DNA of 64,000 nt. Origin: Escherichia phage 236Ecol005PP. This document shows positions 28,310 through 38,323 of the stretch, piece by piece. The notes below the pieces were generated by a model. It saw only the letters and a program-made list of their open reading frames with translations. It searched no databases and had not been told where the DNA came from. Both the position numbers and the translations under genes were made by a program. Location of the stretch: sequence record PP434423.1. The stretch is one strand, 5' to 3'. Position 1 is the stretch's first letter, and the number at the start of each line of letters is the position of its first letter.

Positions 28310-28847
28310 TTACTATTTCCAACAGTTTATTATTTTTAAGGTAGTTAGCCTTTTCTAGGACTTCAGAAGCATATTTAGAACCTGCTTTAACATTCCATCC
28401 CGAATTATAAGAGGATATTGCCTTTCTTATATCTCCCTTATGTATATTTAACCAATAAGAAAGTTCAATGTACGCCCAGGAAGCTGAATTGGACCGTTTA
28501 TTCAACATTCTTTTTATTTCGGCATCGGTCATATTATAACCAAGTTCCTTAACTCTTGCACGCATGGTCGGCAAATAGTTTTGGAACATTCCGTAGGCAT
28601 GATGCTTTGGTTTAGATTTTAAATTAACTCCGGCAGAGCTTTCTTGCCATAAAATAGCAGCCATTATATGACCTAATCCGCTCTTGTGGATATTTTTATG
28701 TGTTTTATATTTTCCATCCTTGGAAAATTGTTCCCCGAATTGATACGCGTAACGCATGTTATCGAGTTGGACATTACTGAAAGTATGCTCGGAGCTATGT
28801 GCCATCATTGAAATGGCCAATAGACCAGCGAGTAGTGCTTTTCTCAT
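28302..28847 (-). CDS. secreted lytic-transglycosylase-like protein (SLT-domain motifs)
   Basis: 181 aa; signal peptide MRKALLAGLLAISMMAHS; ILWQESS...YGMFQ...SSYNSG resembles SLT catalytic motifs. Confidence 0.5.
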   Translation of the reverse strand: MRKALLAGLLAISMMAHSSEHTFSNVQLDNMRYAYQFGEQFSKDGKYKTHKNIHKSGLGHIMAAILWQESSAGVNLKSKPKHHAYGMFQNYLPTMRARVKELGYNMTDAEIKRMLNKRSNSASWAYIELSYWLNIHKGDIRKAISSYNSGWNVKAGSKYASEVLEKANYLKNNKLLEIVND

Positions 28848-28854
28848 GCTTACC

Positions 28855-29316
28855 TCATTGAGTTTTAATTACTGCTTTAGAAGCCTTTCCTGGTAAACGA
28901 CGACTGTTGATAATTGCCATCCTACACTGAAGTGACGGGTCTTTGAACTTCGCATTAGGTTTACAAACTGTAAATCCAAGCCAAAGATTTCCATCTGTGA
29001 TTTCTAAACGTCCAGGACGATATTCAACCCCATCAATAAAATCCTCGTCAATGTCAGGACGCGGAGGCATACTCAGGAATTCATTAACTTCTAAAACATG
29101 GTCTTTTATTTTGTGGAATAATTCAAAAACATATGTCTCATCAATCTCCCGCTGAATTGCACGATCAAGAAGATGCTGAGAATATTTTAGATGAAACGAT
29201 GAGACTCCTGCTGCTTTTGATGCCTCACGAATCTCATTGTTAATTTGACGAAACTCCGACTCAAAGTGACGACGGAGCTTATTTCGACGGATAAAAACTT
29301 CTGTGTTGATAGTCAT
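28855..29316 (-). CDS. regB: Endoribonuclease RegB
   Basis: 153 aa; MTINTEVFIRRNKLRRHFESEF... matches T4 RegB as recalled. Confidence 0.9.
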   Translation of the reverse strand: MTINTEVFIRRNKLRRHFESEFRQINNEIREASKAAGVSSFHLKYSQHLLDRAIQREIDETYVFELFHKIKDHVLEVNEFLSMPPRPDIDEDFIDGVEYRPGRLEITDGNLWLGFTVCKPNAKFKDPSLQCRMAIINSRRLPGKASKAVIKTQ

Positions 29317-29375
29317 GTTATTCTCCTCTTAACTGATAGAAAAATTATACTACAGTCAAGAGGAAAAGTAAACAG

Positions 29376-29654
29376 TTATTCTTTAAATCTAATCAATTTA
29401 TTCATAGACTTTGTAACTTCTGCACGAACCTCATGTAGGTTTTTAAGCTGTTCAAGACGTTGCTCATAGTAAGCAATTTCATCTTCTTCGAGACAGTCCT
29501 GCGAATCTTCTTTAAGATAACGCGCATAGTCCTGGAAAGCTTTACGGACTACTTCCTGGAAGTCATCAAGACTTTGAATTTTCTTAGGAGCAACAGATAC
29601 ACGACGAGGGGCAGTATAATACTCATAACCAAACCCTGCGCTTAATTGAGCCAT
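29376..29654 (-). CDS. small hypothetical protein
   Basis: ORF track 29376..29696 trimmed to Met-15. Confidence 0.4.
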   Translation of the reverse strand: MAQLSAGFGYEYYTAPRRVSVAPKKIQSLDDFQEVVRKAFQDYARYLKEDSQDCLEEDEIAYYEQRLEQLKNLHEVRAEVTKSMNKLIRFKE

Positions 29655-29920
29655 TAATATTTTTCCTCTGGTTGGAACACAGCACGACAAGCCCACATAC
29701 TGGCTTCTTTGAGTTTCGTTTTAGCAATAGTTAACTGATCAAGACTTTCAGCATAATTCTTCGCGAATTCACAGTCTTCACAATTATCTAGTGCTTCCCA
29801 GAATTCATCATATAAAGCATCAAAGATAAGTCCTAAACGAACTTCAGCATCTTTGATAGCATTCACTTTACCGATTTTCTCTTCAGTATGTGGCTTATAA
29901 CCCTTAATATCTTCAATCAT
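29654..29920 (-). CDS. small hypothetical acidic protein (second slot after regB)
   Basis: ORF track; 88 aa. Confidence 0.45.
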   Translation of the reverse strand: MIEDIKGYKPHTEEKIGKVNAIKDAEVRLGLIFDALYDEFWEALDNCEDCEFAKNYAESLDQLTIAKTKLKEASMWACRAVFQPEEKY

Positions 29921-30134
29921 ATTTTACTTCCTCACCAGTACCTAAATCATATTCAACTAAACGAATAGGTTCATGAATGCCATATCCCTGAACAGAAATT
30001 TCTGTCGTAGGATAAATTCCATCAATATCACCCATATTCCATGCTTCATTAAATTGCTGTTCGCCTGAATTACTAAACCACTCGGCGAAAGCATTTAGCA
30101 CATCTTTAGAACCTTCAATAATTATCTTTGCCAT
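29913..30134 (-). CDS. small hypothetical acidic protein
   Basis: ORF track; 73 aa. Confidence 0.45.
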   Translation of the reverse strand: MAKIIIEGSKDVLNAFAEWFSNSGEQQFNEAWNMGDIDGIYPTTEISVQGYGIHEPIRLVEYDLGTGEEVKYD

Positions 30135-30508
30135 TACAGACTCTCAGTAAAGGTACGAGCGATAACGTCGCGCTGCTGTTCCGGAGTCAGAGAGTTAAAG
30201 CGAACTGCATAACCGGATACACGGATGGTCAGCTGCGGATATTTTTCCGGATGCTTAACTGCATCTTCCAGAGTTTCACGACGCAGAACATTAACGTTCA
30301 AGTGTTGACCACCTTCAATTTTAACTGTAGGTTGTGTTTCAATTTCAATTTCACGGGCATGCAAACCGTAGAAAATTTCTGGGTCTACAAAAGAGTCCTC
30401 TTTAAAGGTTTTAGAGACAATAATTCGTGCTTGAATACCGTCTTCAAAATAAATAGTACCTTTATGTGTGCCTTCAAGAATTTGATATGCTTTCATATAA
30501 CCTCTCAA
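30134..30508 (-). CDS. Autonomous glycyl-radical cofactor (GrcA/YfiD-like)
   Basis: 124 aa; C-terminal ...[29 protein letters not shown] glycyl-radical fingerprint (RVSGY). Confidence 0.85.
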   Translation of the reverse strand: MRGYMKAYQILEGTHKGTIYFEDGIQARIIVSKTFKEDSFVDPEIFYGLHAREIEIETQPTVKIEGGQHLNVNVLRRETLEDAVKHPEKYPQLTIRVSGYAVRFNSLTPEQQRDVIARTFTESL

Positions 30509-30834
30509 TTAGAAAATAAATTTATCCAAGATTGCTCTTTAATTAAAAATGGCTCAGAATCATATGCCATTAAACTTTGGGTAATTAGTCCTTTAAAAGG
30601 CCCATCAATAAATTCCATGGTAAAATATGGAATTTTATTCATTAATCTTGCATTAGGAGCAGTGCACAAAACTCTGCATCCTTTGAATACGCCTTTTTGT
30701 AATTTGTATTGCTTAGGATAAAATTCGCTCAAGACGTTGTTATTTGCCAAAATTTCAAAATGATTCACCAATTTATTTTTAATAGTTTTTGGCGAAAAAT
30801 AAAGATATTCGAAAAGTTGCGTGTCTGTCATCAT
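30505..30834 (-). CDS. hypothetical protein
   Basis: ORF track 30505..30885 trimmed to Met-18. Confidence 0.4.
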   Translation of the reverse strand: MMTDTQLFEYLYFSPKTIKNKLVNHFEILANNNVLSEFYPKQYKLQKGVFKGCRVLCTAPNARLMNKIPYFTMEFIDGPFKGLITQSLMAYDSEPFLIKEQSWINLFSN

Positions 30835-31373
30835 TGCATTCCGATTACGAAAAACTGCGGACGAGTAATACCACCAATGCAACAATTACTATTGCAACAG
30901 TGGTGCACAGTTTCAATATGAATATCGTAAATTTTATCCATATCAGGAGATTTAACAGGCTCATCAATTATATACAAAATCCGCGAAAGCGATAAACCTC
31001 TGAACTTGCTACCTCTATTACCAACAAAACTACGGACAGAATCAGTAAATAAACGGAATCGAATATCATCGCCAGAATAACGAGAAAATTCTTTTTTAAT
31101 GTGGCCCGCAGAAATTTTAGCATAAGATGAAGTATTAGAAAGAACAATAACCGTTCCACCGTCATACAACCAATTAGCAGCAAAGTTAGTCACAGCAGTT
31201 GATTTACCTGATTGTCTGCCGCCATCTAAACGAAGTGTGCAGTATTCTTTAAATAAATGCGGCGAATCAGGTACATAAAATCCACTGTTACAAATTTCTT
31301 CTACTCTAGCATCAGAATGGTGTGTAAAAGCATTCATCAGGGATAGATAAGGACCAGTTAAAAATGTTCTCAT
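30831..31373 (-). CDS. small P-loop NTPase
   Basis: ~180 aa from Met-17; Walker A DGGRQSGKST, Walker B ILYIIDEP. Confidence 0.5.
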   Translation of the reverse strand: MRTFLTGPYLSLMNAFTHHSDARVEEICNSGFYVPDSPHLFKEYCTLRLDGGRQSGKSTAVTNFAANWLYDGGTVIVLSNTSSYAKISAGHIKKEFSRYSGDDIRFRLFTDSVRSFVGNRGSKFRGLSLSRILYIIDEPVKSPDMDKIYDIHIETVHHCCNSNCCIGGITRPQFFVIGMQ

Positions 31374-31530
31374 TTTATTCTCTCTAAATTTGGGCCATTC
31401 CATGGCGCATGAATTGTCCATTTCTGTATTTACCCATTACCGCACTTGGGCTCGACCTTATTACAGGTTGGCGGGAATCCCTCATAGAATCATGAGGTCC
31501 AGGTTGTTCCCATGTTATTTGAATGTAAAT

Positions 31531-31548
31531 AGGCCTAAGTATCGGCCT
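31531..31548 (-). terminator. hairpin 3' of internal-protein gene
   Basis: AGGCC-n8-GGCCU abutting stop at 31551. Confidence 0.3.
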
Positions 31549-31550
31549 TA

Positions 31551-32147
31551 TTAATTACCACGGGCTGCATTAGCAACGGCGTAAGCGTACTGAACATTAG
31601 CGTCTTTAAACGTACCTTTAGAGGTATCTAGTTCTGCCTTAAAGCCGCCTTTAGCCATAACATCGGCAAATTCTTTACGGAAAGCCATTGCATCAAGACC
31701 TTTCCATGATGATTTGTGCTTGGCGAATTCAAGACCAGCGTAGTTGACAGCCTTAGCTAATTTATTATCAATAACCCATTTACCAGCTTTAGGTACAAAT
31801 ACCGGGCCTTTCTGTTTAGAGAATAGTTTTAAATTCCAGCGACGAAGGTCACCGTCAGCTTTAACAAAAGCTGCGTCCAAGTTACTAGCAACAACATCTT
31901 GGATATGGGCAAATTTAAGCCCATCAGCTTCAATATTTAGGTCGTTACGCCAGCGAAGTCCTTCCCAGGCGAAAGCTTTAAAGTCAGAAGCCTTTGTAGC
32001 TAAATAGCGTTCAATAGGAGCTGTTTTAGCGTCAAAGCCGTTTCCTATGCGGTCAACGCCGTTTCCTCGGTAAGTCCACTCATCTTTATTAATGCCTTTA
32101 GCCTTTTCCACAGAAGCTTCAGCGATAAATTCTTTATACGTTTTCAT
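31551..32147 (-). CDS. Internal protein (capsid-targeted), IPIII-like size
   Basis: 198 aa; N-terminal MKTYKEFIAEA capsid-targeting sequence; Lys/Ala-rich body. Confidence 0.6.
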   Translation of the reverse strand: MKTYKEFIAEASVEKAKGINKDEWTYRGNGVDRIGNGFDAKTAPIERYLATKASDFKAFAWEGLRWRNDLNIEADGLKFAHIQDVVASNLDAAFVKADGDLRRWNLKLFSKQKGPVFVPKAGKWVIDNKLAKAVNYAGLEFAKHKSSWKGLDAMAFRKEFADVMAKGGFKAELDTSKGTFKDANVQYAYAVANAARGN

Positions 32148-32186
32148 GTGTTTCCTTGTTTGTTTTGATAGAATAATTATATCATA

Positions 32187-32468
32187 TTAATACTTAAGCG
32201 TAAACTGTTTAAGCTTTACCGCCAGAAATAATTCCGAAGTTGTTAAAATCATATCCAATATCGTCACATCTACTTTAGGGCTTGCTACAACATAAGCAAT
32301 TTCACTACGTTTTGCATAGGTGTTTATTTCTCTACCATCGCCGCCTAGGAAAGAATACCCATTACGTTTTAATGAGCCAAAATCTTCGGCATCACCAACG
32401 AAAGCTTTAACTTTAAATTTGGGGCCTTTGGCATCTGCTTCAGCGATAAATTCTTGATACATTTTCAT
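32187..32468 (-). CDS. Internal protein (capsid-targeted)
   Basis: 93 aa; N-terminal MKMYQEFIAEA capsid-targeting sequence. Confidence 0.55.
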   Translation of the reverse strand: MKMYQEFIAEADAKGPKFKVKAFVGDAEDFGSLKRNGYSFLGGDGREINTYAKRSEIAYVVASPKVDVTILDMILTTSELFLAVKLKQFTLKY

Positions 32469-32474
32469 TTTTCC

Positions 32475-32888
32475 TTAGTAAATTGATTTACCATAGTATT
32501 TGTACCAAGTAGGGCGTTGAGCAATTTTTTCATCTAAGCGAGCTTGACTTATCGCAATGGACGCTTCGGACGGGACATAATTATTACGAAATTCGACAGG
32601 GATGTCGGAAATATCCTGGACAGTCGTGTCCTTGATTTTGAAACCACGTTTCAAACATTCAGCGATTAGCTCGATTTGACGTAAACGTAAAAATTCGAGT
32701 TTGTCGTAAAAGAATGTTACGTGACCTGTGCCTAAGATAAATGTTGGAGAGATTTTAAAATCCTTTACACGTTTACCGTTTTGAACATGTTTACGGACTG
32801 CACCAAATACGCGTGGTAATTCACGATACTCAGCCATAAGATGTTGGTCGGTCAATTCAGAAACAAGTGTTAAATTGATACGGGTCAT
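32475..32888 (-). CDS. denV: Endonuclease V (pyrimidine-dimer DNA glycosylase)
   Basis: 137 aa from [12 protein letters not shown]...; matches T4 DenV as recalled. Confidence 0.9.
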   Translation of the reverse strand: MTRINLTLVSELTDQHLMAEYRELPRVFGAVRKHVQNGKRVKDFKISPTFILGTGHVTFFYDKLEFLRLRQIELIAECLKRGFKIKDTTVQDISDIPVEFRNNYVPSEASIAISQARLDEKIAQRPTWYKYYGKSIY

Positions 32889-32915
32889 AATTTCCTCCAA
32901 GTAGTCGATGAATGT

Positions 32916-32944
32916 ATAGTATCAAAACCCTTGGAGGAAGTAAA
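32916..32944 (-). promoter_or_regulatory. T4-type early promoter upstream of denV
   Basis: minus TTTACT / 17 nt / TACTAT. Confidence 0.45.
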
Positions 32945-32947
32945 CAA

Positions 32948-34188
<1,241 letters not shown>

Positions 34189-34207
<19 letters not shown>

Positions 34208-34551
34208 TCAATCACAAACTCTTTCATTGATTCATTTTCAATATAAGACATGTAGCTATTATATTCTTTTAATTGTATTTTGTAATCCTTTTTTCTTTGC
34301 CAATTTATTTTAAAATTATCATAATGAAAATATAGAATGATACAAAAGAATGAAAATAATGAAATAATTTTAGTATAGCGAAGTTCACTCCAAACTTCTA
34401 TTATATTTACTGTGCCATCGATGTTTAAAATAAGACAGTCAATTAACAATCCAAAAAGACTACCCGCAAGAGCTGCAGCCAACGCCACAGCAAAAATTAA
34501 AAATGACTCAGGAAGCGAATATTTGACTTTATTTAGTTTTGGCTTTTGCAT
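34189..34551 (-). CDS. small membrane protein
   Basis: 120 aa; two hydrophobic helices. Confidence 0.45.
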
Positions 34552-34946
34552 CGTGATTCCTTAACAAATTTCATAATTTCATCAAATTCATACGCAGCAA
34601 GTTTAAGCTGATATTCCTTTTTAATCTTTTTACACTGTGCTTTCCAATCACGTACGCGTTTACGATAATGCCTTCCTTGATACCAGTATCCTACCCAATT
34701 TACAGGTATTAATAAAAGCGGAATTATTAATGGAAGAATTAGCGTTGCTCCAAATATTACACCGGATTCAATATCAGTCATAACGTCTATAACCATTCCA
34801 GCAATTAGCAGAATCACAAATGATACAGCTACCACAGGACCCATTAATACATCAGTAGAAATTATCTGGCGCTTTAGTTCATACTTCACAGGTTTACTTG
34901 GAAGGTATAGTGATGGCTTTGACATATTCTCTACATTCCTTAACAA
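34533..34946 (-). CDS. small membrane protein
   Basis: 137 aa; two hydrophobic helices then basic tail. Confidence 0.45.
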   Translation of the reverse strand: MLRNVENMSKPSLYLPSKPVKYELKRQIISTDVLMGPVVAVSFVILLIAGMVIDVMTDIESGVIFGATLILPLIIPLLLIPVNWVGYWYQGRHYRKRVRDWKAQCKKIKKEYQLKLAAYEFDEIMKFVKESRCKSQN

Positions 34947-35502
34947 ATTTTTCTAATAATAAATCGCTTTCAAAATTAGGATTTTCTACGAATTTATCAA
35001 AAAGATCATCAATAATAGTCAAGATATTCTTTTTACTAAGAATACGCTTATTTTCATATTTTGTTTCAGAGTCAACTATAAGAGTAAAGAAATATTTCTT
35101 TCCCTGAAATTTTACTGTAGTATCAATATAAAATAAATTTGACTTTTGTAAATTACGTCTAAACCCCGCGTCACTTAAACTATAAATGCCAAGATAGTCA
35201 TAATCGTCGTTTAAATAGCATACCGTCCATTCAGGGGAAATGAAATCAGTAAATTCAACATCAAAATCACATGTCAATGAATGAATTGATTCAATACTGT
35301 TAATAAGTATTCCAGGACGTATTAAAGACTTTTTACCTCTATAAAATCTTCCAGAAAGACTTTCGTCAGTTTCATATGAAGACCCCCAATAGTAATTACG
35401 TCCTTCTGCCATACGTTTAAGAGCATTTAGTAATTGGTCTGGAACATCAACATGTCTTTGGAACTCTTCAAACATTGAATTGAAATCATTTTGCATTCTC
35501 AT
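34894..35502 (-). CDS. hypothetical protein
   Basis: ORF track; 202 aa. Confidence 0.5.
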   Translation of the reverse strand: MRMQNDFNSMFEEFQRHVDVPDQLLNALKRMAEGRNYYWGSSYETDESLSGRFYRGKKSLIRPGILINSIESIHSLTCDFDVEFTDFISPEWTVCYLNDDYDYLGIYSLSDAGFRRNLQKSNLFYIDTTVKFQGKKYFFTLIVDSETKYENKRILSKKNILTIIDDLFDKFVENPNFESDLLLEKFVKECREYVKAITIPSK

Positions 35503-35521
35503 TCCTATTTACTCCAGTAAT

Positions 35522-35537
35522 AGGGGCCGAAGCCCCT
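35522..35537 (-). terminator. tetraloop hairpin
   Basis: AGGGGC-UUCG-GCCCCU 5 nt after stop at 35543. Confidence 0.4.
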
Positions 35538-35542
35538 TATCA

Positions 35543-36136
35543 TTATTTCAGAGAATTAATGTATTCCTGAACATCGGCAGAAGTGGTTTCAACCCCAGAA
35601 ATATTACCGTTAAAGGTTTCAACTCGAGCAAGGGTATCTTCAATATCAACCTTAGTTAGCGCTGCGATTTCAACTACATCATCGGCAGTACTAATTCCAA
35701 GGGCATTTGCCGCTCGAGTTTCACGGATATATTCCAATTTAACTGCAAGTTCTTGGCGAGCATCATCTAACTCAACTACTTTCTTGGCGATTTCAATTCG
35801 CATTTCAGCATAACCATCAGCCTTAGTAGTCAACTGCTCAGCTGTTCGACGATATAATAAACCGAGTTTAGCATGCATTGTTACATCTTGACCTTCGGAA
35901 AGAAGCTTGCGAATTTCACGCTCTTTTGATTCGGCTTGTCGATTCTTTTCGATAACAAGTTCACGAATACGCTTTTCTTCATTAATAGATTTAACAGAAG
36001 CAGTTTTTAGATCTTTAATTTTATCAAGTAGTTTTGCTGCTGCAGCAGTATACTGTTCTTCGACAGATAGATTTTTAGCCATAGCAGAACCAAGTTTAGT
36101 GCGAATAAACTCAACAATTTTCTTCAGTGTGTTCAT
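35543..36136 (-). CDS. coiled-coil protein
   Basis: 197 aa; long heptad-rich helices. Confidence 0.5.
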   Translation of the reverse strand: MNTLKKIVEFIRTKLGSAMAKNLSVEEQYTAAAAKLLDKIKDLKTASVKSINEEKRIRELVIEKNRQAESKEREIRKLLSEGQDVTMHAKLGLLYRRTAEQLTTKADGYAEMRIEIAKKVVELDDARQELAVKLEYIRETRAANALGISTADDVVEIAALTKVDIEDTLARVETFNGNISGVETTSADVQEYINSLK

Positions 36137-36179
36137 AGTATTTCCTTAGGTTAATTGAGATTTAAAATCCATGGGAGTA

Positions 36180-36356
36180 TTATACTCCAAAGAGTTTATA
36201 AACTATTTTAACATCTCCTTTTGCTACTTTATAGCCTTCAGCCCAAGATACAACCGAGTTTTTATCTGAAGATTCAAAGTCAGGCATTGGACTTTCATCA
36301 ATGTTCACACAGTATGTTTCTTCATTTTCGTCAAACCAAATAGTTAAAGTAGTCAT
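36180..36356 (-). CDS. small hypothetical protein (58 aa)
   Basis: ATG 36354-36356 with GGAG SD 7 nt upstream; below ORF-track cutoff. Confidence 0.4.
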   Translation of the reverse strand: MTTLTIWFDENEETYCVNIDESPMPDFESSDKNSVVSWAEGYKVAKGDVKIVYKLFGV

Positions 36357-36424
36357 TTATTTCTCCGCTTCTGTGGTTGTTTTGATAAATCTATAATAAC
36401 ACCGTCCTTGGTGTTTGTATACAC

Positions 36425-36700
36425 TTATTTCATATTATTGAAATATTCTTCTGCGATTTCGTCGTTATCATGGTAAACTTTAGAAGACAGTTTAACATAA
36501 CCTTCAGCAGTGAACATGTTAATCACAACTTTTACAGTATACCACTGACCGTCTTCATTACCCATTACTGCGTAAGTTTCAAACATCGGATGGTCAGGAC
36601 CGATAACTTTAATATCATTCACTGTACGACCGAAATCTTCTGAAACGCATTTCATAAAGAAGTTGAACAGTTCGCCGTAATTATCCATTTCATTCTCCAA
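36425..36700 (-). CDS. small hypothetical acidic protein
   Basis: ORF track; 91 aa; downstream of early promoter. Confidence 0.45.
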   Translation of the reverse strand: MENEMDNYGELFNFFMKCVSEDFGRTVNDIKVIGPDHPMFETYAVMGNEDGQWYTVKVVINMFTAEGYVKLSSKVYHDNDEIAEEYFNNMK

Positions 36701-36731
36701 GTTGTTTTCTGTATCAGTAGTTGATATTGAT

Positions 36732-36760
36732 ATAGTACCATGGAAGAACAGGGATGTAAA
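36732..36760 (-). promoter_or_regulatory. T4-type early promoter
   Basis: minus TTTACA / 17 nt / TACTAT. Confidence 0.45.
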
Positions 36761-36895
36761 CCATTTTGTGAAAAAATTTTTTTAAAAGTTTTAGGGAATT
36801 CTAGGGCAGGGAGGGGCAATTAAAGGATAGGATAATATATTATAAAGGGTAGAAACTAAATGATGCCTAGAGAGGTCCAAAAAGGCCTAGATACT

Positions 36896-36922
36896 AAAAA
36901 GCCCCAACCTTTCGGCTGGGGC
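36896..36922 (-). terminator. strong rho-independent terminator ending the tRNA/small-RNA transcription unit
   Basis: minus GCCCCAGCC-GAAA-GGUUGGGGC followed by UUUUU. Confidence 0.65.
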
Positions 36923-36925
36923 TAA

Positions 36926-37205
36926 GCCTTGCGGCAACCTTGTCGGGGTTCCACCTGCTAAGGCAAGTGTTTGTACGAAACGCCGGGATTTGAACCCGGT
37001 TATTGAGCAGTTGACGCTACTCAATATTTTTAAAAGGCCATATCTCGACCATATCCGAACGTTCCGTCAAAAACGCTACTCGGCTTACGGCAAAGATATT
37101 TCCTCGAATCGATAATTCGGTGCGCCGTTTCTGCTGTGATGTAAGAGGGCATCAATAAACGCAAAGATTATTAACGCAATTCCTTACTCAGGGAACATCA
37201 GTCCG
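36926..37205 (-). ncRNA. candidate structured small RNA(s), tRNA-like (possible counterpart of T4 stable RNAs C/D)
   Basis: ~280 nt with no ORF in any minus frame; contains tRNA T-arm-like CCGGG-UUCAAAU-CCCGG flanked by pairable CGGAACG/CGUUUCG; bounded by terminator. Confidence 0.35.
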
Positions 37206-37210
37206 ACGAC

Positions 37211-37765
37211 TTACCGGTAGCGACCCGGTTTCTCATTTGGTATTTCAAATTGTGTAGATTTAGTATCTAATTTTTTAACTATGGAACTTATGTCATGAAA
37301 GAAAAACCATTCGCCATTTATATGGTCCTGATTATAAATGCTGTGCATATATTTTTCAAGTTCTACTGCATCCTGGGAATATCTAAATGATACTATTTTA
37401 AAACTTTTAAACGGTGAAAATGTATTTGCTGTTATAACTCTAACATCAGGTTCTATACTTCTTCCTATTTTATAATAATTAGGATTTGTAGTATCTACCA
37501 TTATGTATACGAAAGCCTGTCGATAGCTTTTTTCTATATCAAATTCATCTTTAAATTTCAAAAGATTTAGGGCGGCAGTCCTACAAAATACTTTCCATTT
37601 TGACAAGCGTTTGGCTTCAGTCATAGAAAAGAATTTTTTCTTATCTGTTATTTTAAGAAAAGCAACATTTTCAATTAGTTCTTGTGTTATTTCAAAATTA
37701 CCGCGGTATATTAATCCAGCTTTTATAGCCAAATTAATTTGGTCCCAGTCTACATCACTTCTCAT
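37211..37765 (-). CDS. T5orf172/GIY-YIG-like domain protein in tRNA region
   Basis: 184 aa; C-terminal FVYIMVD...NYYKIGRSIEPDVRV...E...H...GEWFFF pattern typical of T5orf172 (MUG113) domain. Confidence 0.5.
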   Translation of the reverse strand: MRSDVDWDQINLAIKAGLIYRGNFEITQELIENVAFLKITDKKKFFSMTEAKRLSKWKVFCRTAALNLLKFKDEFDIEKSYRQAFVYIMVDTTNPNYYKIGRSIEPDVRVITANTFSPFKSFKIVSFRYSQDAVELEKYMHSIYNQDHINGEWFFFHDISSIVKKLDTKSTQFEIPNEKPGRYR

Positions 37766-37785
37766 AATATTATTCTCTCAATAAT

Positions 37786-37862
37786 TTGGCCAGGGTGAAA
37801 GGATTCTAACCTTTAACCTGCGGTTTAGAGGACCGCTACTCTATACAATTGAGTTACACCCC
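37786..37862 (-). tRNA. tRNA-Arg (anticodon UCU), CCA encoded
   Basis: manual cloverleaf: acceptor CGGGGUG/CACCCUG, D ACUC/GAGU, anticodon stem GCGGU/ACCGC loop CCUCUAA, T-arm AAAGG-UUAGAAU-CCUUU. Confidence 0.75.
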
Positions 37863-37987
37863 GTAATTAGTTCACAGCAATACCTACTCCAACAATCAAG
37901 ATGTCTTCACACGAAATTAAGAGAAGAGTGATCAGTTCAACCACTATAATCGCGTCAAGTAGATATTAATGTGACAACTGTCACAAG

Positions 37988-38062
37988 TTTGGCGGACATG
38001 CATGGATTCGAACCATGGACCAATTGATTAACAGTCAACTGCTCTACCACTGAGCTACACAT
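37988..38062 (-). tRNA. tRNA-Asn (anticodon GUU), CCA encoded
   Basis: manual cloverleaf: acceptor GGAUGUG/CAUGUCC, D GCUC-AGUGGUA-GAGC, anticodon loop CUGUUAA, T-arm CAUGG-UUCGAAU-CCAUG. Confidence 0.75.
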
Positions 38063-38066
38063 CCAA

Positions 38067-38153
38067 ATTGGTGGGGAGTGATGGAGTCGAACCACCCGAG
38101 TCGCAATGACAATGGATTTACAGTCCACACCGCTACCTCTACGGGATAACTCC
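38067..38153 (-). tRNA. tRNA-Tyr (anticodon GUA), type II long variable arm, CCA encoded
   Basis: acceptor GGGGAGU/ACUCCCC, anticodon stem GUGGA/UCCAU loop CUGUAAA, variable arm, T-loop UUCGACU. Confidence 0.7.
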
Positions 38154-38165
38154 CCTAATTCGTAA

Positions 38166-38240
38166 TTTGGTGGCCCTGGGTGGAATTGAACCACCATCTG
38201 GCGATTATGAGTCGCTTGCTTGAACCTTCCAGCTACAGGG
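38166..38240 (-). tRNA. tRNA with CAU anticodon (Ile-lysidine type as in T4, or Met)
   Basis: acceptor GGCCCUG/CAGGGCC, anticodon loop CUCAUAA, T-arm GGUGG-UUCAAUU-CCACC. Confidence 0.7.
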
Positions 38241-38241
38241 C

Positions 38242-38317
38242 CTTGGTGCTGATTGACGGAATCGAACCGCCGACCTTCTCATTACAAGTGAGTTGCTCTA
38301 CCTACTGAGCTAAATCA
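38242..38317 (-). tRNA. tRNA-Thr (anticodon UGU)
   Basis: acceptor GCUGAUU/AAUCAGC, D GCUC-AGUAGGUA-GAGC, anticodon loop CUUGUAA, T-loop UUCGAUU; 1 nt from CAU tRNA (dimer). Confidence 0.75.
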
Positions 38318-38323
38318 GCAAAA

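Noticed and set aside
30134-30508. Possibility that the RVSGY-containing ORF is a captured fragment of host pflB or assembly contamination
   Set aside because: It is a complete small ORF with its own start, embedded between phage genes in T4-like context; T4 is known to encode such a stand-alone glycyl-radical protein.
30128-30721. 197-aa plus-strand ORF antisense to the GrcA-like gene and neighbours
   Set aside because: Lies entirely antisense to well-supported minus-strand genes, has no SD/promoter context and a low-complexity Cys/Phe-rich translation typical of AT-rich antisense frames.
37863-37987. Additional tRNA in the 125-nt gap between tRNA-Asn and tRNA-Arg
   Set aside because: No cloverleaf could be folded (no T-arm GTTC-type motif or paired acceptor ends); only a short palindrome is present. 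It may be a processing spacer or small RNA but not a tRNA.
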